NCBI GenBank assembly: GCA_011046395.1
Contig: DSAQ01000150.1
Location: 1 to 62,958 of the forward strand
DNA from: Pseudomonadota bacterium
Lineage (GTDB): Bacteria; Desulfobacterota; QYQD01
DNA: 62,958 bases
Reading direction: 5' to 3'
The notes beneath the pieces are model-generated. The model made no database searches and was not told the DNA's origin. It was given only the letters and a program-made list of their open reading frames with translations. Shown one piece after another: positions 56,311-62,958 of this stretch. The number at the start of each line of letters is the position of its first letter. Positions within the stretch are counted from its first letter, which is position 1. The position numbers and the translations under genes were made by a program.

Positions 56311-58800
56311 TCAGACATTGCTGTGTCCCCCTCCTCCCGATTCAGCCAGATAGTACCAGGTCGCCGGGCCTTTGCCTACTTTGTTTAGTACACCCTTCTT
56401 GACCAAGTCCTGTAGGTCGTAAAGTGCAGTACGCGAAGGAAGGTTGGGGCCGGCCAACTCCTGGTATTTTAGGCGGTTTAGCTTACCGTTCTCCATTAAA
56501 AAAGGAAAAACCTTTTTCTGCCGCTCATTCAATCCCGGCGGGATATCCGAAAACGGTGCCATGGGTCGAGAAACAGAGGATTGGTCATCCTGGGAAATGA
56601 TGTACTTTTTGACCAGACGGGTAGGTCTTTCGTCCCCTAATTTAATGTCTTCGGCCTGGATGACGCTTCCCTCGGCCATGGCCACGGCCCGGGTTAGGCA
56701 ATTCATCAATTCCCGAACGTTGCCCGGCCACGGATAGTTCATCATCTTCTCCACGGCGCCCTTACTCAGACCCTCTATGTCCTTATTCATCAAGCTGTTG
56801 GCCTGCTTTAAAAAGTGATCTATTAACAAAGGAATATCTTCCTTGTGCTCCCGCACCGAGGGGGTCTTAATGGTCAGCACCTCCAGACGATAGTATAGGT
56901 CTTCCCGAAAAGACCCCTGTTCGATCAATCCCTTAAGATTTAGATTAGTAGCCGCTATTAATCTGACGTCAACATTTATTTCATCGTCACTGCCCAGCGG
57001 CTTGATTTTTCGCATGGAGAGGACTCTTAATAAGGATTGCTGAACCCGGGGCGAGGCACACCCGATCTCATCCAAAAACAACGTGCCGCCGTCTGCAGCC
57101 ACAAAGGCCCCTTTGCGGTCGACTTTGGCCTCGGTGAAGGCCCCTTTTACGTGTCCGAACAGCGTGTCCAATAGCAGATTTTCATCCAGCGCCCCACAAT
57201 TTATGGATATGAAGGGCTTATCGCTCCTGCTGCTGTGCCTATGAATGGCTTCGGCAGCCAGCTGTTTGCCGCTCCCTGTTTCCCCTATAATCAATACGTC
57301 TGCATTAACAGAGGCCGCCCGTGAAATATCTGCCTTCAAGGCTTTTATGGCCGGGCTAGCCCCTATAATCTCTTTGATGGTATGGACCTGAAGACGTTTT
57401 TTGAGTGCCTCTACTTCTTCTTCCAGTCGGGCCCGTTCTCTCTTGCTCTGTTCCTTTATCTTTTCATCTTTTTTCTGGATCTCCTCCATCTGTGACTTCA
57501 GTGTAGAAATCATCTTATTTAGGGCCGTCTGGAGGATCTTGGTCTCCTCATCGGTTTGAGTTGCTTTTATCTCCTCAAGATATCCGGTCTTCTCGATTTT
57601 TTCAGCGGCCGCGGCCAGATTAAGTATCGGCCGGGCAATGACCCGGCTGAGCGCAATTATGAGCAGAGAGATTAAAATGGTGGATCCCAGGGTTATGACG
57701 AGGATAAGATTGATGTGAGCATATTTGGCCCACAGGGTAACATCGCTCCGGTCCGCGAGAACCACACCTCCAAATACCCTTTTTTTCTCTCCTGACCCAT
57801 CTGACAGAAATATGGGGGCATAACTGTGCATATAAGGCCCCGAATCTGCCCGGGCGGCTTCAAGCGCCGGTAGTTCTAATGTCCCCGGTTTTCCCTTCCG
57901 GATGTCTGTGACCATTTTCCAGTATCCTTTTAGCTCACCGCCCGGCCGGTAGATAGCCCCTGTTCCGCCGTCAGGGGTACTGGACCCTTGTTTTACGTCA
58001 CTGGTCCCCGCCTCGGCTGTGGACTTAACTGGGGCAGAAGAAAGACAAACCCAGCCGTTTTCATCTAGGAGATAGGCCCAGCGTGCCGATGGGCTGCGGC
58101 TGAGGCCAAACAGAGGGGATTGAGGCGATCTGACCTCTGATAAGACATCCATTAGTCGGCCAGCATCAAAAGACAGCAAGAAAAAACCCTTATAATGGCC
58201 ATTAGTATCAAAACATGGCGTGGCCACCCGGACGATATCCATGACCAGGCCAGAAGATCGAATACCCTCCTGTATCCTGGGATAAGTTGTCCTCACTGGT
58301 GTGGAGAAAAGAACTTCACCCTTCGGCAATCTTCGGACCTGATCTGACATCGCCAGCGGGCCGGGATGGATGAGAGATATCTTAGATGGAGGTACGACAA
58401 TGATTCCGTTCTTTTCCTTAAAAATAAATATGGTCTTACTTATATCAGCAGCAATGAATGCTGTTTCGCCATATTTAGTCTTGCGATATTTCGCAAAACT
58501 GGCCAGATTTTCTTGCGAGATCGATGCGGAAGCCAAAATCTGTAGCTCCTCCTGACAATCCTGAAAAAATAATTCAAACTGACGGCTAAGAGCAGCCGTC
58601 TGAATCTGAAGGGCCCGATTAACCTCTTCGCTTAAATACTTATTGGAAATCCAGGCAGTTAAATAACCAGTGAGGACAAGAATAAGAAAGACAGGTGGAA
58701 TCAGGGCCACCAGAAGCCTTTTGCGGAATGTCCATCGCGCCAAAATCGGTCCACGTGGCATTTTGGCGAGGATCTCTTGGTGAAAACCCCCGAGACGCAT
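56311..58800 (-). CDS. Membrane-anchored sigma-54 activator: TM - ~330-aa periplasmic Cache-like domain - TM - HAMP - coiled coil - AAA+ - wHTH
   Basis: TM1 'LLVALIPPVFLILVLTGYLTAWI', TM2 'INLILVITLGSTILISLLIIAL', HAMP 'ARPILNLAAAAEKIEK...LNKMISTL', Walker A 'GETGSGKQ', 'GAFTEA' (a GAFTGA variant), 'FLDEIG', and 'REDLYYRLEV'. The C-terminal 'SRTALYDLQDLVKKGVLNKVGKGPATWY' is wHTH-like rather than Fis-type. Confidence 0.85.
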   Translation of the reverse strand: MRLGGFHQEILAKMPRGPILARWTFRKRLLVALIPPVFLILVLTGYLTAWISNKYLSEEVNRALQIQTAALSRQFELFFQDCQEELQILASASISQENLASFAKYRKTKYGETAFIAADISKTIFIFKEKNGIIVVPPSKISLIHPGPLAMSDQVRRLPKGEVLFSTPVRTTYPRIQEGIRSSGLVMDIVRVATPCFDTNGHYKGFFLLSFDAGRLMDVLSEVRSPQSPLFGLSRSPSARWAYLLDENGWVCLSSAPVKSTAEAGTSDVKQGSSTPDGGTGAIYRPGGELKGYWKMVTDIRKGKPGTLELPALEAARADSGPYMHSYAPIFLSDGSGEKKRVFGGVVLADRSDVTLWAKYAHINLILVITLGSTILISLLIIALSRVIARPILNLAAAAEKIEKTGYLEEIKATQTDEETKILQTALNKMISTLKSQMEEIQKKDEKIKEQSKRERARLEEEVEALKKRLQVHTIKEIIGASPAIKALKADISRAASVNADVLIIGETGSGKQLAAEAIHRHSSRSDKPFISINCGALDENLLLDTLFGHVKGAFTEAKVDRKGAFVAADGGTLFLDEIGCASPRVQQSLLRVLSMRKIKPLGSDDEINVDVRLIAATNLNLKGLIEQGSFREDLYYRLEVLTIKTPSVREHKEDIPLLIDHFLKQANSLMNKDIEGLSKGAVEKMMNYPWPGNVRELMNCLTRAVAMAEGSVIQAEDIKLGDERPTRLVKKYIISQDDQSSVSRPMAPFSDIPPGLNERQKKVFPFLMENGKLNRLKYQELAGPNLPSRTALYDLQDLVKKGVLNKVGKGPATWYYLAESGGGGHSNV

Positions 58801-58839
58801 GTATGTCCCTCAAACCGAAAAGTCTAGGTTTTGTAATTT

Positions 58840-58868
58840 CTTATAGCAACTTTGTCTTTTCCTGTCAA
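58840..58868 (-). promoter_or_regulatory. Putative sigma-70 promoter of the membrane-anchored activator gene
   Basis: On the minus strand: TTGACA (58868-58863), 17-nt spacer, TATAAG (58845-58840). It lies about 40 nt upstream of the ATG at 58800. Confidence 0.5.
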
Positions 58869-58881
58869 AAACTTTGTTAGT

Positions 58882-58897
58882 TGGCACGTAATTTGCT
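58882..58897 (+). promoter_or_regulatory. Sigma-54 (-24/-12) promoter of the USP-TSUP-porin operon
   Basis: TGGCACG-TAAT-TTGCT, an exact match to the TGGCACG-N4-TTGCW consensus. It lies 69 nt upstream of the ATG at 58966 and is divergent from a sigma-54 activator gene. Confidence 0.75.
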
Positions 58898-58901
58898 GTT
58901 T

Positions 58902-58932
58902 ATGAATGGCGATTCAAAATCGCGCCATTCAT
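58902..58932. promoter_or_regulatory. 10-bp perfect palindrome at the predicted sigma-54 transcription start
   Basis: ATGAATGGCG - 11 nt - CGCCATTCAT begins 5 nt after the -12 element. Confidence 0.45.
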
Positions 58933-58965
58933 GCGCAAACTAAGGAAAGGAGGTGATCAAACAAT

Positions 58966-59376
58966 ATGAAGATACTGATTCCGGTAGACGGTTCGGCGTT
59001 TGCGTTAAAGGCACTGGAAAAGGCCATAGATATGGCCAAGAAGGAGGGAGCGGAGATAACCGTGATGTCCGTGGCCCTGGAGTTCCAGGACGTGGAGGAG
59101 ATTCCCATCAGCTATCTCGACAAGTTTAAAGACAAGGCTATTCGGGCCGTGGATCAGGCCAAGGAAATCGTAGAAAAGGCCGGTCTCAAGGCCAAGACCA
59201 GGGTAGAACAAGGCGCCTCTCCGGCGGATAACATTGTTACCTTTGCCGCCGAAGAAAAGTTTGATTTGATCGTTATGGGACACCGGGGGCTGACCGGCCT
59301 GGATAAGTTCCTGGTAGGCAGCGTGGCCGGGAGGGTGGTTGCTCATGCCCCCTGCTCGGTTCTGGTAGTCCGTTAA
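58966..59376 (+). CDS. Universal stress protein (UspA family)
   Basis: 136 aa. 'KILIPVDGS', 'DLIVMGHRGLTG', and 'GSVAGRVVAHAPCSVLVV'. Confidence 0.85.
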   Translation: MKILIPVDGSAFALKALEKAIDMAKKEGAEITVMSVALEFQDVEEIPISYLDKFKDKAIRAVDQAKEIVEKAGLKAKTRVEQGASPADNIVTFAAEEKFDLIVMGHRGLTGLDKFLVGSVAGRVVAHAPCSVLVVR

Positions 59377-59417
59377 ACGAAGGAGGGTTAATTGCTTTTT
59401 AAGGAGGGATACTATTT

Positions 59418-59714
59418 ATGAAAAAGTTATCTAAAAAGGTTTTAGGCATCTTAACTGCGATTTTTGTCTGGTTGCCCGCCCTGGCCTGGGCCGGCGGGCC
59501 AAAGGCCGTCGATCTGGTGGTGGTAGCCGATACCCGGAGACTGACCGGCGTCCAGCACTATTTTGCCAATCTCTATAATGAGAACATCCTGCTTTTTGCT
59601 ATCTGGGCCGTGCTCCTGACCGCGGCCCTGGGTTCCGGCCTGGGGTTTATAATGGATTTTATTATGGAGCGCACCGGGCTGGACCTGAAGTCAAGAAAGC
59701 TCGTCGAACACTAG
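59418..59714 (+). CDS. Small exported/membrane protein (signal peptide + one C-terminal TM)
   Basis: 98 aa. Signal-like 'KKVLGILTAIFVWLPALAWA' and TM 'LLFAIWAVLLTAALGSGLGFIMDFI'. GGAGGG RBS. Confidence 0.55.
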   Translation: MKKLSKKVLGILTAIFVWLPALAWAGGPKAVDLVVVADTRRLTGVQHYFANLYNENILLFAIWAVLLTAALGSGLGFIMDFIMERTGLDLKSRKLVEH

Positions 59715-59784
59715 GCTTATGTCCCTCCGGGGCATAGGAGGTTCTCCGCACATCTTTAATTAAGAAAGGAGGTTACACAAAATT

Positions 59785-60813
59785 ATGGACTCTTTCTGGT
59801 ATATGTATATGCCCATCGCCGGGGTCAGTATATTCTGGCCGGGCATGGTATTAATAGGTTATTCCGTCGGGGTCATCGGCGGATTCTTCGGCATGGGCGG
59901 CGCCTGGATGGTGACCCCGGGGCTGAATATCCTGGGCTTTCCCATGGCCTTTGCCATAGGCACGGACATCGCCCATATCGCCGGTAAGTCGATGATATCA
60001 ACTATTAGACACTCCAAGTTCGGAAACGTGGACTACAAGCTGGGTATTGTCATGCTGGTCGGCACCATGGCCGGTATCGAGATCGGCGCCCAGATAGTCA
60101 TGTATCTGGAACGTATTGGTATGGTGGGCCCCATCGTCCGCTGGATCTACGTCGGTTTTCTGTTCTTGATCGCCTTAATGGTCTTTTCTGATTATGCCAA
60201 AGCGGTCAAAAAGTCCAAGATGGGGGCCGCTGCTGGAGAAAAGGGCGTGGAGGGTTTTACCTGGTATAAGACCCTGCACAAGATCAAGATTCCTCCCATG
60301 ATGCACTTTAAGGTGGCCGGGATTACCTGTTCGGCCTGGCTGCCCATCTTCGTCAGCTTCCTGACCGGTGTGCTGGCCGGCTTCCTGGGTATCGGCGGCG
60401 GGCTGCTGCGTATGCCGGCCCTGATCTACTTCATCGGCGCCCCGACCCACATTGCCGTGGGCACAGACCTCTTTGAAGTTATGATCTCAGGCCTATACGG
60501 CGCCTTCACCTATACCCTGAAGGGCCGCATCGAGCTGGTGGCCGTATTTGTCATGCTCTCCGGGGCGGCTATCGGCGCCCAGATCGGCACCGTGGCCACC
60601 AAGTACTCCAAGGGCTACGGCATCCGCGTGGCTTTCGGCATTGCCGTGCTCTGCTGTATGATCTCTATTATCCTGAAACAGTTTAAATACGATACTGCCG
60701 CCGCGGCCCTTATCCTGAGTGTCATTAGCGCCATCTGTATTTATATCATGGGCATTATGTTCAAAGGGGCGTCCGCTGAGCTCCGCGAAAAGAAACTCGC
60801 TTCCGGCAAATAG
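59785..60813 (+). CDS. TSUP (TauE/SafE, DUF81) family anion permease, short form
   Basis: 342 aa, polytopic. 'GGFFGMGGAWMVTP' and 'GFLGIGGGLLRMPA' repeats, 'GTDIAHI'/'GTDLFEV', and a central 'IKIPPMMHF' as in 38351..39613. Confidence 0.8.
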   Translation: MDSFWYMYMPIAGVSIFWPGMVLIGYSVGVIGGFFGMGGAWMVTPGLNILGFPMAFAIGTDIAHIAGKSMISTIRHSKFGNVDYKLGIVMLVGTMAGIEIGAQIVMYLERIGMVGPIVRWIYVGFLFLIALMVFSDYAKAVKKSKMGAAAGEKGVEGFTWYKTLHKIKIPPMMHFKVAGITCSAWLPIFVSFLTGVLAGFLGIGGGLLRMPALIYFIGAPTHIAVGTDLFEVMISGLYGAFTYTLKGRIELVAVFVMLSGAAIGAQIGTVATKYSKGYGIRVAFGIAVLCCMISIILKQFKYDTAAAALILSVISAICIYIMGIMFKGASAELREKKLASGK

Positions 60814-60848
60814 CTTTTAGTAAAGATAAACCACAAAGGAGGAAATTT

Positions 60849-61184
60849 ATGAGAAGAAAATACCTCATGTACCTGGCGACTTTATTGATCCTGCTCTTCT
60901 CTGTATCCCTGGCCAGCGCGGCCGAGGTCTTACAGGGCAAGTTCGTAAGCCAGGACAAAGAGAAAAAAACCATGACCGTAGAAGAGTATGACCTTAATAT
61001 GACCCCGGAGCATAAATACGGTGTCCCCACCGGCAACCTGGTGGAGGTAAATGTGGCCACGGCCAAGATCGGTATTCCCCCTGAGCCGGGGGATATCGTG
61101 CGCATCGCCTACAAGGTGGTCGGCGCGGAGAAGGTGGCCCTGAAGGTCATGAATGTCTCCAAGCAAGACCTAAGGAAAAAGTAA
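60849..61184 (+). CDS. Small secreted protein
   Basis: 111 aa. Signal peptide 'YLATLLILLFSVSLASA', AAGGAGG RBS, and a beta-rich mature part. No motif recognised. Confidence 0.5.
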   Translation: MRRKYLMYLATLLILLFSVSLASAAEVLQGKFVSQDKEKKTMTVEEYDLNMTPEHKYGVPTGNLVEVNVATAKIGIPPEPGDIVRIAYKVVGAEKVALKVMNVSKQDLRKK

Positions 61185-61215
61185 GGTATCCAGAAAAAGG
61201 AAGGAAGGAAGGACC

Positions 61216-61437
61216 ATGAACTCCAGGCAGAAGATAGTAATTATTATCATGGATATCCTTATCCTGGCCGAGCTTACCTTGAGTATGTATCTGGGCAGCC
61301 GGGATCCTGAGTATAAGGCGGCCATATTTGTGCGCACCTACCTCCCCATGCTCATCATAACCGTGGTTGCGGCCAGGATTTTGTTCAAGAGATTCCGCAC
61401 CCGGGAGCCGGATGAAGAAACAAGCGCCATTCATTAA
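61216..61437 (+). CDS. Small two-TM membrane protein
   Basis: 73 aa with two hydrophobic helices ('IVIIIMDILILAELTLSMYL', 'TYLPMLIITVVAARILF'). GGAAGGAAGGA RBS. Confidence 0.4.
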   Translation: MNSRQKIVIIIMDILILAELTLSMYLGSRDPEYKAAIFVRTYLPMLIITVVAARILFKRFRTREPDEETSAIH

Positions 61438-61509
61438 AACCTGGCAAGAGGTGGCTCTCCCATCCCGTTGTATGACAGAACCAAAAAACATATAATAAGG
61501 AGGCGATAG

Positions 61510-62958
61510 ATGAAAAAGGTAGTTTTTAGTCTGATTGCAATGATGCTTGTTCTGGCCTGGCATGTTCCGGCCATGGGCCAGACCAATCAGGCGATGATGG
61601 ATGAAATCAAGGCCATAAAGGCACAGTTGGATAATATGAAGGCCCTCCAGGAGAAGTTAAACACCCTGGAGGAAAGACTCAAAGGCATGGAGGAGGTTAC
61701 CACCAAGGCCAAGGCCATAGAGGAAACCATACAGAAAAAGAAGGGCACTCCGGTTTTCAGTTTCTGGAAAAACGATTTCTATTTCGAAACGCCGGACGGA
61801 GACTTCAGCATGAGGGTCCGGGGGAATGTCCACTTCGATACCAAGATGTACGGCGGACAGAGCGCCAACCCCACTCATTTCGACGTCCGCCGCGCCCGTA
61901 TAGACTTCCAGGGGCTTTTTTGGAAATATATCCAATTCCGGGTACAGCCTGAGCTTGCCGATAGTCCCTATATCCGCAATGCCTGGGTCGATTTCAAGTT
62001 CCGGGATTGGCTCCACCTGAGGGCCGGGCAGATGAAGCCGCCCTTCAGCACCTCCTGGTGGACCATGGATAATAATGTCAACTTCCTGGAACGCGGAACC
62101 AGCACGCCGTTTTACCCTTACTTCGACCGGGGCTGGTGGGCCTGGGGTGATGTGCTTTGTAATACCCTGACCTGGAACCTGGGTATGTTCACCGGCGCGG
62201 GCCTGGAGCTGGATTACAAGAAAGGTGACATTGACGATCATAAGGACTTGATAGCCCGGCTATTTTACAGCCCGTTTAAGAACGACAAGGGACACCAGCT
62301 CGAAGGCCTGCACCTCTGTCTGGAAGGCACCCACAGTTATCAGTCAAAGCCGACCTCGCGCTTTGAGACCGGCGGCATGGGCGCGCAGGTGCGTGACGAT
62401 AAGGTTTATAAATGGTATACGTCAACTTCGAGCCCACTATATATGGACATGGGCACCCGAAATCGCTGGGGGGCGGAAGTCCATTATATCAAGGGCCCGT
62501 TCACGCTCAGCAGTGAATACCTCGAGACCCGCTATAAAAGTATCGAGGCCTTTACTGATGCCGACAAAACCATCAAGATTTTTAATGAAGACGCCCGTAT
62601 GACCTCCTGGAGCACTTTTGTCAGCTACTATCTGACCGGCGAGAGTAATACAGTGAGTAACTTCGGCTGGCGGAAACCCAGTCCGAAAGTAAACTTCGAC
62701 CCGATTAACCTGAAAGGTACCGGTGCCTGGGAGATCCTGGCGCGCTACACGCACACCGAGATTGGAGACAACCTTTATACGAAAAGTGGAAGTTACTACA
62801 TAGCCACAGGCACACCCTGGACGGATGAGATTACTCTGGGTGTTAACTGGACCTGGAACCCCATGGTGCGCTGGCAGTTGAATTACACCCATATCAAGGC
62901 CGCGGATGGTACCGGGCCAACCGGTGAGACCTATGGTCTCTGGACCGGCAGCAGTGAC
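61510..62958 (+). CDS. Phosphate/anion-selective porin O/P family outer-membrane protein (3'-truncated by window end)
   Basis: It is not in the track because no stop occurs before the window end, but frame 1 is open from the ATG at 61510 (AAGGAGG RBS) to 62958. It has a signal peptide 'MKKVVFSLIAMMLVLAWHVPAMG' and an N-terminal coiled coil. 'FSMRVRGNVHFD', 'FDVRRARIDFQG' and 'WQLNYTH' follow, typical of the OprO/OprP-type beta-barrel. Confidence 0.75.
   Translation, partial: MKKVVFSLIAMMLVLAWHVPAMGQTNQAMMDEIKAIKAQLDNMKALQEKLNTLEERLKGMEEVTTKAKAIEETIQKKKGTPVFSFWKNDFYFETPDGDFSMRVRGNVHFDTKMYGGQSANPTHFDVRRARIDFQGLFWKYIQFRVQPELADSPYIRNAWVDFKFRDWLHLRAGQMKPPFSTSWWTMDNNVNFLERGTSTPFYPYFDRGWWAWGDVLCNTLTWNLGMFTGAGLELDYKKGDIDDHKDLIARLFYSPFKNDKGHQLEGLHLCLEGTHSYQSKPTSRFETGGMGAQVRDDKVYKWYTSTSSPLYMDMGTRNRWGAEVHYIKGPFTLSSEYLETRYKSIEAFTDADKTIKIFNEDARMTSWSTFVSYYLTGESNTVSNFGWRKPSPKVNFDPINLKGTGAWEILARYTHTEIGDNLYTKSGSYYIATGTPWTDEITLGVNWTWNPMVRWQLNYTHIKAADGTGPTGETYGLWTGSSD

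Noticed and set aside
61657-62892. Two minus-strand ORFs (194 and 151 aa) at the right end
   Set aside because: The plus-strand frame is open from 61510 to the window end. It encodes a signal peptide and OprO/P-type porin motifs. The track misses it only because it has no stop codon inside the window.

Overview
This 62,958-bp chromosomal window most likely comes from a sulfate-reducing Desulfobacterota (deltaproteobacterial) genome. The evidence is a mid-range G+C backbone, a qrcABCD-like periplasmic quinone-reductase operon, three sigma-54 enhancer-binding proteins and many two-component genes.

Layout:
- 0-13.7 kb: DUF748 envelope protein, MFS permease, HAD hydrolase, nadB, qrc-like operon, mpl, phosphohexomutase.
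- 13.7-25.9 kb: a visibly GC-rich defence island with no integrase. It holds a Fic gene bracketed by a 58-bp direct repeat, an hsdS 3' stub, type III res and mod (mod carries an AT-rich target-recognition segment), rhuM, an orphan type I hsdM, and a DUF4062/AlbA_2-type protein.
- 25.9-36.4 kb: a conserved housekeeping run (serine hydrolase, ldcA, coaX, glmM, cdaR, cdaA, folP, ftsH, tilS).
- 36.5-42.1 kb: pseudo-receiver, USP, membrane protein and TSUP/TauE permease, plus a PAS-type sigma-54 activator.
- 42.4-55.2 kb: a co-directional signalling block. It contains a PpsA-like phosphohistidine enzyme, two tandem HK-RR pairs, a second FtsH protease, a cytoplasmic HK, an NtrC-type regulator and a lone receiver.
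- 55.4-63 kb: a membrane-anchored Cache-HAMP sigma-54 activator. It is divergent from a near-consensus sigma-54 promoter that drives USP, small membrane proteins, a second TSUP permease and an OprO/P-type porin running off the window.

Several short repeat families sit between co-directional genes. I recognised no rRNA, tRNA, CRISPR array, transposase or integrase.

All family calls rest on motif recognition by eye. No searches or computations were run, and G+C statements are visual estimates.
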